This document shows positions 14,870 through 28,130 of a stretch of DNA of 64,000 nucleotides, piece after piece. Below the pieces are notes generated by a model, which was given only the letters and a program-made list of their open reading frames with translations, was not told where the DNA came from and searched no databases. This stretch comes from Camelus dromedarius (Eukaryota): the NCBI RefSeq assembly GCF_036321535.1, contig NC_087436.1:58716001-58780000 (forward strand), read 5' to 3'. The first letter of the stretch is position 1; every line of letters starts with the position of its first letter. The position numbers were made by a program, and so were the translations under genes.

Positions 14870-16865
14870 ACCAGACAAGATTTCTGTTTTATACCATGGG
14901 GCTATCAGTAGGACCAATTTTACCTTCCCATTGTTAAACAAGTAGAAAACAGGATTAAGGATGTGGAGGAGTTGCTTTAAATACTGGGCAAAGGCAGCAC
15001 AGAATGTTTCCCTAAGAGAAGGGAAACAAATTTAGGTGTACAGAGAAAAGAACAGTAAGAACTATCACAGGCTTCTTACCAGAAAAACTGAAGAAAGGTA
15101 CAGTGGAAAGATATTTGAAGTGGGTTGAAGGCAAAAAAGAAAACAAAACAAAAGTACCCTTTATAATTCTATATCCATATTTTTTTCAGACAAACAAAAT
15201 TTGATAGAATTTGTTGCAAGCAGACCTTTACTACAGAAAATACTAAAAGAAGTTCCTTAGGATGAAGGAAAATGAGACCAGAAGGGAAATTGAATTTACA
15301 CAAGGAATGAAAGTGCCTGGAATGGTAAGTGTGTGTATAAATATGAAATATATTTAAATCTTAGTTGTTAATATCCTTAAAATATAGTTGCTTGAGTAAA
15401 AGTAATATTGATGTAAGTGAAATGTATAACAACAAAGCATAAAGATCAGGAGAGAGAAATCAAATTAAATGTTATAAGGTCTGTACATTATACATGAAGC
15501 AGAATAATATTATTTGAAGGCAAATGGAAAAACAGAAGTCTAACCACTAGCAATGGAAAACATTTAATCTTCACCAGAGAATTTAAATCTATTAAAATAA
15601 GCAACTATTTATAGCTGAAAAATAATGTGATAAATGATTTTCAGTGCAGATTAAACAGAGGTGTAGAAAGGATATGTGATCTGGATTATAAATCAGTAGA
15701 AAATATATAGACATATTGCTGCAGAGCAGAAGGAAAAAATATAAAAAGTCCAGTTATGTATGCATGTATGTATGTAAATTATTTTATGTTTGAAAAGGAG
15801 AAAGGCTAAAAATCAATGATCAACTAAAATCAGAACAGTAATATAAACCTAAAGAAAGTAGAAGGAAGGAAATAATAAAGATAAGATCAGAAATCAACAG
15901 AAAACAAACTTACAATTGAGAAATTGAACAATGCCATAAACTGATTTTTTAAGGAGATGCATTAAATTTACAGACCACCCTTAGCAAGACTGGGGTGTGT
16001 GTTGGTGGGGAGAAAAACATTTTACCAATATCAAGAATGAAAATAAAAAAATCCCACTGATTGTACATATAATAAAAGGATAATTATAAGATACCATAAA
16101 AAACTTGATGAAATTAAACTTGAAATTTAGGTAAAATGAACAAATTCCCAGGAAAACACAAGATACCAAAAACGTGACAAGGAAAAATAGAAATTTTTTT
16201 GTAATTCCTTATCTATTAATGAAATCAAACCTTGAATTAAAATCTTCACACAACAAAAACTCTGGGTCAAATTGCTTCAGCAAAGAATTGTTATATATAT
16301 CTAAGGAAGAAATAATCCTAATCCTAAATAAACTTCCAGAGAATTAAAAAAAACCCCAAGGTCCAAATTATTAAATGAGGCTGGTATAACTTTGATAACA
16401 AAACCTAATGAGGATTTTGAAGGAAGAGAAAATACAAGCCAATTATCTTCCTCATAAATATTAGATATCAGAATTCCTTTAAAAAGTAACAAATTTTTAA
16501 CTAGAGACATATCATCACTGATTAGAGTTTGTACAAGGAACCCAAAGATATATAAACATTTAAATATCAATTTATTTTATCATATTAACAGAATTACTAT
16601 TCACTTCAACAGATACAGATAGAGCTTTTGATCAAATTCAGCTCCCTTGTTGATAAAAATTCTTAGCAAGCTATGAATAGTAGGAAACTTCTTTAATTTG
16701 ATAAAAGTTATCTAACACACAATGAAACACAGAAACACAGAAACAATGGCAACAACATCATAGGAACTTATGAAACAGTGAAAAGCCATACACTGAGGTG
16801 AAAATGAGACAAAGATAACTGCTTCCACTCCTCTTCAAAATTATACTGATTTTCCCACTTTGAGC
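14870..16865 (+). mobile_element. ancient L1M (ME/MC-like) ORF1-ORF2 remnants
   Basis: gaattttgttgcaagcagacctttactacagaaaatactaaaagaag (ORF1 end), plus ORF2-like gaggctggtataactttgataacaaaacc and gcttttgatcaaattcagc. A-rich and heavily decayed. Confidence 0.7.
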
Positions 16866-16869
16866 AATA

Positions 16870-17703
16870 CGTCAAGAAGATATTGCTCTAAGGAAGACAG
16901 ACAAAAGGCCAACAGGTACATGAAAAAGTGCTCAACATCACTAGTCATTAGGGAAATGCAAGTTAGACCGCTATGAGATATCCCTTTACAGATGTTAGAA
17001 TGACCATAATCAAAAAGACAAGAGATAACAAATGCTAGCCAGGATGTGGAGAAAAGGGAACTCTTATGCACTGTTGGTGGGATGTAAATTGGCACAGCCA
17101 CTATGGAAAACAGTATGGAAGATCCTCAAAAAATTAAAAACAGAGCTACAATATGATACAGCAATTTTACTTCTGGGAGTAAATCCCAAGGAAATGAAAA
17201 TACTAACTTGAGAAGATATCTGTACTCTCATGCTCATAGCAGCATTATTTATAATAGTCAAGACATGGAAACAACTTAAGTGTCCATTGATGGATTATTG
17301 GGTAAAGATTTTGTGATATATATATATATGTAATGGAATATTACTCAGCCATAAATTGAGGAAATCCTACCATTCAGGACAACATGGGTGGACCTTGAAT
17401 TAAGTCAGACAGAGAAATACTGTATGATCTCACTTATTTGTGTACTTTAAAAAAAACCCAAACCCACAATCTCATAGAAAAAGAGATCAAACTTATGGTT
17501 ACCAGAGATGGAGGGTGGTGGGAAGAGGACTTGGAGGAAGATGGACAAAAGTTACAAGATCAACAAGTAATGTACTATGTATGTAATGTACAACATGATG
17601 AGAATCACTGCTGCATGATGCATAAAAAAGTCATTTGAGAGAGTTAATCCTAGAGTTCTCATCAGAAGAAGAAAATTTTTTTCTTTTTTACTTTCTTTTT
17701 TAT

Positions 17704-17736
<33 letters not shown>

Positions 17737-17865
17737 GAAGATGGATGTTAGCTGAACCTATTGGGGTAATCATTTCACAATATATGTAAATCAAACCATC
17801 ATGTTGTATGCCTTAAACTTAAACAGTAATGTATGTCAATTATTTCTCAATAAAACTGGAAAAAG
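16870..17865 (+). mobile_element. L1 3' end inserted into the older L1
   Basis: ggccaacaggtacatgaaaaagtgctcaacatcactag...gtcaattatttctcaataaaactggaaaaa; internal (TA)n/(TG)n. Confidence 0.9.
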
Positions 17866-18650
17866 AAGAAACTGTAATAAGAGATACATGTTTAGAAAAC
17901 AAAGAAATATTTGCCACTATTTGCAGAAAACATGTTTATGCATTTAGAAAATCCCAAAGAATAAATCTACAGATGAAAACTTTTGGAATTAATAACTTAA
18001 TTTATCAAGGTCATCCAATAAAAGGTCAATATACAATGATTAATAGTGTATCAGTAACAATTAGAAAATTAATTTTAAAAATTTTATTAGTATCATAAAT
18101 CATCAATATCCTAGGACTAAGTTTAAGAATAGATTCTCAAGCCCTTTACACAGAACACATTGATGAGAGAAATTAATGAACCAAATAAATTGAGAGAGGG
18201 GTATACCTACGTTTCTTGTAGAAGATTCAGTGTGGTTAATATGTTGATTCTTTGCATATAATTTATAGGTTAAATTTATTCTCAGTGAGAACCTTAGCAT
18301 ACATTTTTTTTTGAAATTTGAGAAGTTGATTTTAAAATTTACACGGAAATTCAAGCCATCCAGAATAGAGTTGAGGGAATTTTACCATCACATATCAAGG
18401 GAAAGTAATCAAGACAGTGTGCTCTTGGTAAGCGAATAACAAATATGTTATCAGAACAAAATAAAGAGCTCAGTAATGACCATGGAGGCAGGGATGTGCT
18501 GTAAGGAAAGGATGTTCCTTTTAATATATAGTGCTGGGTCATTTGGATGATATAAAATGTATTTTGACTTCTGCTTCATACAATTTAAAAAATTAGTTGT
18601 GAGTAGATTATTTATCAAAATGTGAAATGAGAAACAATATACCTTCTAGA

Positions 18651-18914
18651 AAGCACTATTTAATAGAAGTATAATGTAAGCCATGTATGTAATTGATTTT
18701 ATCATATATTTTTAATGCCATCTATCCACAATATTATCATTTCAATGTATAGTCAATGTAAAAAGCATAAAGAGATTATTACAGTCTTGTTTTCAAACAA
18801 ATTCTTCAAAATCTGGTGTATATTTACATTTACAGCATATTTAATTTTGACTAAGCATATTTCAATTTCTCCACACCCACATATGACTAGTTGCTACTGT
18901 ACTGGACAAAGCAG
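18651..18914. mobile_element. MER33-like hAT-Charlie DNA transposon
   Basis: aatagaagtataatgtaagcca...aaatctggtgtatatttacatttacagcat...tagttgctactgtactggacaaagcag, flanked by tctaga-containing target sites. Confidence 0.78.
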
Positions 18915-19143
18915 CTCTAGAAGATATCAAAGAACAGTATCTTCATGATCTTTGAGTAGGCAAAGATCTTTTCAATAGTTACAAACAATATTAACTGTAA
19001 ATAAAAATCAAATCTTTAATTTAAGAACTTCTATTCATCACATACTATTAAAAGTAAAAAGTAAGGTCTAAAGAGGAAGATAGTATTTATTTAAAAAATG
19101 TAATATAGTATATATTATATTTTAATTTTACACATATATATTT

Positions 19144-19335
19144 CAGGGTTCCTGGGTGCTATTGACATTTTGGACCAGATATTCTTTGTAGTGGTAGGCT
19201 ATCCTGTTTGTTATAGGATGTTTAGCAGCATCCCTGCCCTCTGCCCATTGGATGATCCCAGCATCCCAAGTTGTGACAAAGGAAAATGTCTCTAGACATT
19301 GCTGAATGTCTCTGGGGGGATACAATCACCACTGA
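19144..19335. mobile_element. MER20 hAT DNA transposon
   Basis: ctattgacattttggaccagata...ggatgtttagcagcatccctg...gttgtgacaaaggaaaatgtctctagacattgc. Confidence 0.85.
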
Positions 19336-19876
19336 TACATCAAGCTCATACAAAGAAATAAAAAATGAAAGATACAAATCAATGGAAAACATAGGGAAAT
19401 ATTTGAATAAGCAATCCTCAAAAGATTTTTAAATATCCAAGAAGATATAAAAATGTTTTTAGCCTCATTATTCATTCAGTAAATGCAAATTAAAACCACA
19501 GGTGATATAACTATACTGACACTAGAATGGCTTATTTATACACAGTAACAAATGGAGCAAGTGGAGGTCTCTGGAACAGCTGGAAGTCCTATAGACTGCT
19601 AGTGGGAGATTTTGTAATCACTTTGCAAAATTGTCAGTATCTACTAAAGCTGAACATATGAACATATGAGCTAACAATTCTACACTTACGTACATTACCC
19701 TACAGGTGTAAGTACATATGTGCACTAAAACGTGACTTCAAAGATGTTTATAGCAGCATTGTTTATCATAGCCAACATCTGAAAACAACTCAAATGGATG
19801 AAAATAATTGTTGAATTGATGTTATACAGAGCAGAAGAAATGAATGAACCACTACTACTTTCAGTAATATGGATCA

Positions 19877-19976
19877 GGGAGAGGATATAGCTCAAGTGGT
19901 GCTTAGCATGCACAAGGTCCTGGGTTCAATCCCCAAGACCATGTCTAAAACGTAATCAATTAATTATTTAAAAAAA
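19877..19976 (+). mobile_element. tRNA-derived SINE (Vic-1-like), short internally deleted copy
   Basis: gggagaggatatagctcaagtggt[about 9 nt missing]gcttagcatgcacaaggtcctgggttcaatcccc. TSD taatatggatca (19865-19876) / taaaatgggtca (19977-19988). Confidence 0.85.
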
Positions 19977-22900
19977 TAAAATGGGTCAATTCCACAATCA
20001 TAATGTTGAGCAAATAAATAACATAATAAAATATGTACTGTATGATTCCATTGGTAAAGGATCAGATCCAGATAAATCCAATCTATGGTGAGAGAAAGAT
20101 ATTACCATAACTTTGCTGTGTTCACTTTGTAAAAATTTATAAAGCTGTACACTTAAGACTTACTATTTTGGTAAAAAAATTAAATTGAACCTTTTGAAAA
20201 TCATCATGTAAGAAGGAATCCTTTGTAATAAGTTATGAACTGTTATACTTGATCACTCTAAATATTTATAAAAACAGCTTTTAAAAAGATACAGAGTCAG
20301 ATAAGCACCTAGAAAATGAACAAATATCTTCTTTCTTGAATGATTAGACAGACAGAAGCCTATAAAAATATTGCAGAGATATTTCAGAAATGATAATTGG
20401 CATATGCCTGGCATTTTTGTACATACAATCTTTGGAGCCACTGGGTTTGCCCAGAGCAACATATGGCTTAGTAAGTGGGAGTGACATGAAGCCTGGGCCA
20501 CCTACTAACTTGCTTCTATATTGGGCTGAAAGGACCCTTTTCCTCAGAGCATGTTTTAAATCCCTCTGTGCCTGCCGGGCATCTGCAAGAGAAATGTATC
20601 CTTAATCATGAGCGTGCAAATCTGTAACATCTTTTTTTAAAAGAAATTTGAGAAAAGAGTGAATGATCTCAGTATCTTTAAAAAGTTCATTTGAACTATT
20701 TGAATAAAGTAGTTATTCCCATGAAGCAAACATAGTTTTATTAATCAATGACAAATGTAAGAAATTTTTATGAAAATCTTTAAATCTTTTAAGATTACAT
20801 TTATCTTCAGTAACCCAGAGTTTATGGGAAAAGAGCTTAATGCAAGCTCACCTGGAAAATTAAACACACTACTGATTTTGTGAAATGTAAAAAATATTGA
20901 TAATAAATTCTTTTAATACTGGACATGAAGGACTAGTAGTACACAGTACTTAGTATATTCACAATAAATATACGTGAATTAGTGAACGAATGAATGAATG
21001 AACAATATATGACTGCTAAAATCTAACTCTGGCCTTGGGAAGGCTCCAAGGTAATAGTTCACCATTCTTGCAGGAAGCAGCCCAGTTTTCTAAAAAGCAG
21101 CTTCTCCTGGTTATAAATGCTGAGATGATATCAATCACTTCTCTTCATTTTTGGCTTATTAGATAATCAACCAAAAATAAAAACAAAGCATAATGAAGCT
21201 CTTTGTTATGGTTGGATGAGAAAAGAAAGCTAGAGCAAGTATTTGAATACAACTGGATTCTGTTTTAAACTTTGTAATCACTAAAATATCCCTACAAAGG
21301 AAAGCCAGTTACTTTGAAATGAAAATGATCACTGAAATGCACTTCTAAAACCAAAGTTGAAAGAAAATCTTTCTTTAGCTTAACTAATTAGCCACTCCTC
21401 CCTTGAGTAATGTGTTTGGTGGTTTCTTTAAACTTTAATGTCACCATTTTAAGGTGACATAACTGATAATATACAAACACTTTATCACATATCAGCCCTT
21501 GTTTCAGCAATTAGCACCCAAAGGAACAAACCACAAACATTGACATAAGTGTAAGAGGTTATGTTTTTTTGAAAGACATACTTTCAATGAAAATACCTCA
21601 TGCTAGTGTAGCTATTTGCATTTTAAGCACACTCGTGTTTATTCTCTTAACCGCTGTGTTAAGTGACCAGAATTATTATTTCTAATTTTTAGATAAGAAC
21701 ATAAGTGTCAGATAAACTTGGTGACCTTCTCAAGATGTCTCTCACAAATAGTTTCTGAGAAAATCAGCACTAGGCATTGGTCTTCGGATTTCTAGTCCAA
21801 GACTTATTTCTCCCCAATGTATCATCGGTTCTGTTTGTTTTAATTACATGGTAGCAAGCTAAAGTTTTTTATATTTCATTTAAAAAGAGCATCAATTTAT
21901 ATAAACACACTGGACTTCAAATAAATGATCACATACACATGATCCAAATAATTTGAGTAGTGGGGATATTGTCTAGCAGATCTAGGTAGAAAATATTGAT
22001 AAATACATTTGAAAATCTATAGAGCTTTAAATTATTTAGAGTTATTAAATTGATAAAGCTTAATACTTATCCATTAAATTATCAACCTAACTGAGATCCA
22101 GAATGAAACTTTATCACTAGGCTAGGAGCAAACAGGGAATTCTGAACTTTTTGTAGTGCTCAGAGGCAAACAGGTAGGAATGGAAAAGGGACAGACTGTG
22201 ATAGGACCACAAATGCTTTAAAAACATTTTAGTAGCTACAGTTATGGTGACCATTTCTGCTTAGTCTGTGATGATTATCATAAGTTGCTGGGGACTTTAT
22301 TTATTGACTTAATTTTTCTGAGTAACGGCTAGGAGCTAGGCTCACAACCCAGTGCTGAGGACCTGCAGAATTAGGTACATGGGGGTCTTTATTTAGCTCA
22401 TAATCTCCAGGTGGAAACAAACATGCAAAGTCCAATATTTACAGTTCAATATGACCAATGCTCCAATAAAGATTTATAAAAATGCCATGGGAACCCAGGG
22501 GGTTACATTTGCAGCTAAGCAGTAAAGAAGTGCAAATCTTAACAAGCAGGCAGCATTAGGGTAAAACCTGTAGGATGAATATATCTCCAGGCACAACAAC
22601 AAAAGAGGCTGTTCTAGACAGGAGAATTACTTAAATATTGGTATAGCTTGGGGTATTATTGGAAAAAGTGGGGAGTCGTGTGTGGCTGGTGCTTAACTTA
22701 CGCTCTAGAGACATAAGCAGTACACTATGAATCTGGAAGTATAGGTTATTGTAAAGATCCATATATATAATGGTAAAGAATGAAGACTTTGTAGGTAAAA
22801 GAACTAGGAGATTTTGAGAGAGTTACTAGATAAGAATTATATTTTAGGAAAACAACTAGAGGCAAAATTCGGGATGCACTGCAAAGTAAGATAGGACATT

Positions 22901-23059
22901 ACTGTTTAGGCATATCAAATTCTATGGCATGCAGATACAATATCTTAAATGCTTTTTTAAATTTTAAATCAGAATTAAAGTAGTGCCCCTTCATCTCAAG
23001 ATCACCAAGCGCCTTAGGGCTTAATGAGAATGGTGAGTGCTGATATGACATTACGGAGC

Positions 23060-23266
23060 TAAGGCGGGTAGAGCACAGCAAATCAGATAATTTACTCTAG
23101 ATCAGCTATATTCCTCCATCAGCTTATTTTTATTCATGTGACTTGTGCAAGTGAGGTGAACTCCCTATGCATGGATTCTTATCTGTAAAATGTAGAAAGT
23201 AGTAATATCTTTTTCATATAGCTGTTTTGAAAACAAAATGCTTATTACATGTGAAGTGCTTTAGCT
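23060..23266 (+). mobile_element. MIR
   Basis: tgtgacttgtgcaagtg...ttcttatctgtaaaatgtag...atgtgaagtgctttagc (MIR core). Confidence 0.75.
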
Positions 23267-23278
23267 GTAATTATTCCA

Positions 23279-23511
23279 CAGCAGTTTTCAGCTGGGGTGA
23301 TGTGATTTTGCCTCCCAAAGGACACTTGCAAATGTCTGGAGATATTTCATTTTGGGTTGCCGCAACTGGGAGGAGATGCAACTGTTATCTAGTGGGTAGA
23401 GGCTAAGGATGCTTCTAAACAACCCCCAATATACAGGATAGTTAGCCATAACAAAGAGTTATTTGTCTTAAAATATCATTATATCATTAGTGCCAAGACT
23501 GAGAAACCCTA
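23279..23511. mobile_element. MER20 hAT DNA transposon, opposite orientation to the 19144 copy
   Basis: gattttgcctcccaaaggacacttgcaaatgtctggagata...tctagtgggtagaggctaaggatgct...tagtgccaagactgagaaaccct. Confidence 0.85.
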
Positions 23512-24403
23512 AACTAGAAAATAATAATTTTCTAATTTTTCTGCCTGCATTACTCACGGGACATTTTGGTTAGTCAGCTAGGAAGTAAAGGCCTGGTTTA
23601 CTGAATTGTTATACCCAGATACTATGCTGAATAAAAGGAAGGAAAAGTTACTAATACATTCTATCAATCACAGTAATTTGCTAGAAGTAACAGAATTTTT
23701 AAAAATCAGAATATAGAAAGTTCACAAAATCTCTAGGAGAACCAGAGACCTGTGTTGATTGCCTCAGAGCCAAGAACAAAGCAGCAAGTCATAATGCATC
23801 CAGAAAAACAAAAACAAAAACAAAAACACCCACAACACATGGAACTGCTCCTTCTAACTGCTGTTTAGCACGTCTGACACTAGGTACTTCCCTGCAGACA
23901 TTGCCAAAGAACCCTGTAGTCGACAGAAGGTCTGACTTCTCCTAGATGACCACCACTTACAGAGGATTACTTCCTTCTCCAGGCCTCAGCAGATGCATCT
24001 GAATCAAGAGAACAAAGGTAACATGAGACTTCTAGCTGCAAGGGAATCTTGGAAATTAGATTTTAAGCTGATCAGATCAACTTCTACTCTAATCCATTTA
24101 CCCTCTACTGTAAAGGAAAGAAATGTCCTGTTACTTTAGTGCTCATTTAGCATCCTAAATGAAGGATGTTCTTTAACTTCTATTGTAACCCTAAATTTCA
24201 ATCCTTAGACACATGAGCCCCCACTGGTCCTGCCTGTTCTCTTCCATTAACTTTTATTAATAGACCGGCAGTTTTAAGACATACCTAAGACAAGATACCC
24301 CTTTGCCTTAATAACCAGTATTAAGCATGTCAGTCATCAGACCAAACATCTGAAAATCCTGTTCATCTGGAGGCAGCAGGGTCTCATTTCTGTCTAAAGC
24401 ATC

Positions 24404-24927
24404 TGATACTGGTTGAATTGTAACCCCAAAATAGATATGTTAGAGTACCAAACTCTAGTAGCTCAGAATGTGACCTTATTTGAAAATAGGGTCTTTATAC
24501 AGGTAATCAAGTTAAAACAAAGTTATTGGGGTGGACAGTAGTCCAGTACAAATTGGTGCCCTAACTGACTGTACTTCAATAAAAACAAACAAACAAAAAA
24601 CCAAATTGGTGTCCTTATAAAAAGGGGAAACTTGGACACAGAAACAGACATGCATAGATGGAAAATTGTATGAAATCACAAAGGGAGAACATGGCATGAG
24701 ATTTATAGGGGTGCATCTACAAGCAGAAGTTCAGAGATTCTTAAGAAATACCAGAAGCCAGATGAGGCAAGGAAGGATTGTCTCCCAAACTGTTCAAGAG
24801 AACATAGCCCTGCTGACATCTTGATTTCAGATTTCTGTCCTCCAGAACTGTAAGGCAATAAATTTCTGTTGTTTTAAGTCACCCAGTTTTTGGTACTTTG
24901 TTAAGGCAGTCCTAGGAAACTAACACA
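24404..24927 (+). mobile_element. MaLR solo LTR (MLT1B/C-like)
   Basis: TG...CA ends, gaatgtgaccttatttgaaaatagggtcttt and cctccagaactgtaaggcaataaatttctgttgttttaag. Perfect 5-bp TSD gcatc (24399-24403, 24928-24932). Confidence 0.92.
24563..24601 (+). mobile_element. ultra-short 5'-truncated L1 tail insertion
   Basis: aactgactgtacttcaat plus an A-rich tail, matching the L1 terminus seen at 2717 and 60413. TSD caaattggtgccct (24549-24562) / caaattggtgtcct (24602-24615). Confidence 0.85.
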
Positions 24928-25239
24928 GCATCCTTCCCTCAGGTTCCAAGGCAACTGAAGCATAAGAACCTATAATCAGGAAAACCCAAAGCTTTTGTCT
25001 CAGACCCACCAATAAAAGCAATGTCCTCCCATAGAATGCTAGGGTAGGTCACCAAGTACAGTGTTTAGGATATAAAATGGAAGTATATAGAGACTCCTCT
25101 TGAAGAATCTATAAACTACATGAGGGCTGGAACCTGGTCTTATTTACCAGTAAATCTTCAGAGGCTATAACAGTACCTACATATGTGAGATGCTCAGTAC
25201 TTTTACTGAATTAAAAATTGGAAAGGAAAAGATGGTAAG

Positions 25240-26100
25240 TTGCAGGTTTTATTTAGTTTTAAGAATAGTTGAAAGTTGGACATATTTATTCATGAAAGAA
25301 AGGAGTCAGTTTAGAGGGAGGAATTATAGATGCAAACAATAAAAAATACTTAACAAGCCAAAGTACAGGTTAGACAAAAGCAGCTAGAAACAAAGGCCAG
25401 GTAGAAGAGTTAGCTTTACAAATGTGTCAGGATACTTCTTTCTTTGACACACAGGGGAAAGAAGCAGGAGCAGGTGAGATACAGATAAATTCTAGGTGAA
25501 AATGTGGAAGATGAGAGAGTTCATACAGGTTGGCTTCTAATTTCCTAGTAAAGTAGGGAGCTGGCAGCCTGCCGAGAATAAGTGGGCAAGGTGGGGGCAT
25601 AGGGCCTTAGAAATATGGGCAAGATTTGGAATAGTCACTAAGGGAAATGAGAAAAGTTGTTGATTAGTGTTAGTAAAAGGATAGCTGAGCAGATTTAAGG
25701 GGCCAGCTGAGGTTGAAAATTAAATTTGTAATGGAGACAATCAGCTCAGTTATGTGATTTTCCCTAACAGCATTTGGCAATCTGGGAGCAAAAGGAAAGA
25801 AAATGGATGTTAGGGTTGGAGACTGGTGAGACAGGTGAGGCAGATGGTCAAGGGAGTGATGGATGAGAAGGTGCTACCAAGAGTGTATTTGGAATGATGG
25901 ATCATGGGGTCCAGTGTGAGTTAGGAGAGGAGTGCTGCCAGGAGGGGCTAATGGAGTTAGAGAACAAAGGAGTGACCAAGCATGGGTTTCAATGACATGA
26001 AACAGTAGGCTCTCTGGGAGTAGGAGTCTGACAGAGGGGAAAGAGTCATGGGTTGTGGTCAGATGGAGAATTTTGGTGTTCCAATTTCTTGGGTATAGCA
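25240..26100 (-). mobile_element. probable L2 body remnant
   Basis: Long G/A-rich decayed tract typical of antisense L2, with a sense L2 3'-end-like piece at about 25100-25215. Family call is from composition and weak motifs only. Confidence 0.5.
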
Positions 26101-27175
26101 TTCATCATTATCAACAAACCTTTACTAAATGGGAAATGAGCACACAGTCCCATGTTTCTAGGTCAGAGATTCTATTCATATTGTTCATCTTCTTGAAGGA
26201 AAACAGAATTAGTGACAATGATTTGGGTTAGGAAGCAGAATAGTAAAAAAAGACAAAAAGTATAAAATTAGTGGAAAAGTAAAGGGAAAGCAGTGTCAAA
26301 CTCCTTTCTCCACGTGATTAGAAACTGAGAACTTTTACATCTGCTGTCCAAAGTTCCCTCTCTTGCTCTAATTTCACCCTTCTAAAATACCAGGTTGTTT
26401 TTTTTTTGGACCTCCTATTTCATAATGTATTTGATTTCTGCAGAATGTCCATGTATTGTCAGAAATAGTGTCTTTTTCCCCCCTAAAACAACACAAAAAC
26501 CTATTTCCTGCCCCTAAATCTTTCTAAACTACACACAAATAGGTTTTCCAGACTGAATTCATGATTTCAGTTCCTAATGTGTTCTTTGTCCCTATAGTCC
26601 AGAATATGTTGTATTTTATGCAATGTTGTATATTATGCAATGTTCTCAAGTAAATTTTATCTTTCTGTAAAAGAGCATATTTCTAAAATCTAAAAGCAAC
26701 TGGTATAGTGGAACAAGATAAGAACTCAGTTTGTTAGGAAATTGTACTAAGTAAAAATTAACCCAAAACTGCAGTTACTTATCCTAATAAGTAGCACTGT
26801 GCCTGGAAAATAATTGAGTAATCAAAAATATTAATTGTATTTCTAACCAAACTTAAAGCTTTAGAACTTACTGCTACAGATTAAAAGACTTAAATCAGAT
26901 TCTAGTTGAATTTACATATCAAAGCATTGAAATGGTCCTATAGTGACCAACTGCATTTGCAGAATAAATTCGTTTACATAGTAGTGGTTAATGCCAGAGA
27001 CTTAAATTCAATCTATATAGCTCAGCCAAAGATGTAACACTGGAAGAAGAAAGGTAATTGTCTACCCGGTTGAATCAGTCTGAAACCACATTTTAAATTT
27101 TCTGTATATTTCTTCCTCACAAAGTTTAGGAAGTATTTAGGATAATCTGAGAAAGCCCAAAAGAGAATAGAAGGG

Positions 27176-27209
<34 letters not shown>

Positions 27210-27899
27210 AGAGAGAGACAGAAAGATACAAGAAACAAATGAAAAAACTTAATTTGTGTGTCTCAAAAAGAAAAAACTAAAGTAAGCCATGTTCACAATC
27301 TATAAATAATACCCCCTGGGTAACAATATAATGAATGAAGGGAATTACTCATAGTCTCAGAAGACATGAGGACAAAGAGCAATGACTGGAAGCTAAAGAA
27401 AGCAAAATATAGGTTAGATATTAGGAGCACGATCTGAAAGGTGGCCTATTCCTGTTAGGCCAATGTAAATACAACCCTTTTTGTCCTACAACATAATGAT
27501 TACCTGAGAGATTAAACAGTTTCCCAGAAAATTTACTTTCTTTTTTAATTGATAAATTTCTTTATATCAATGTTACAACTTTTCAAACCACTTTATCCTG
27601 AAAATTAACCAGTATAACAATTCCTACTTGCAAATGGAAAAAAAAAATCACCTAAATAAATGAAAAATACAAAAGTAATTTTGAGAGATATAAGCAAATT
27701 TTTAACTCATGTCAAAACTATGTCACCAGTGTCACAGATTCACTACCATGTGAAAGCATACCATTTGGGAAATGCTCAAAGAAAATCATTGAACTCTTCC
27801 ATACACCATAAGAGCTAGTTAAGGTATGAAAAAATTAGCTTCTTCAATAGGGGATAATTTTTCGAAAAAAATCTGAGAAAGTTCTAGCAAATGGAGATG

Positions 27900-28130
27900 A
27901 CAGTACTGAAGCTAAGGGAGTAGATTTGGAATCAGCGAAATCTGGACTTGAATCCCTACTCCAGCACTTACTGTTGGCCTTGGACTTAAGCTCCCTTATC
28001 TCAATACCTCAATTGTAAAATGGGGACATGTGAACCAGAGGGTTGTTGAGACTATTAAATTCTGTAAGATAATGTGTGTGAAGTGCTCCACCTTGTAGCT
28101 GATATTTTCCAATGAATTGTCATCATTGAG
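27900..28130 (+). mobile_element. MIR
   Basis: tttggaatcag...ctggacttgaatccctactccagcacttactg...tgtaaaatgggga...gggttgttgagactattaaa...tgtgaagtgct. Confidence 0.8.

Larger units (their letters stand above)
17870..20190 (+). mobile_element. ancient L1ME-like ORF2/3' UTR remnants, host of MER33, MER20 and a SINE
   Basis: aaatgcaaattaaaaccacag, gtttatagcagcattgtttatcatagcc, gtactgtatgattccatt and gctgtacacttaaga are typical old-L1 3' motifs. Confidence 0.72.
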
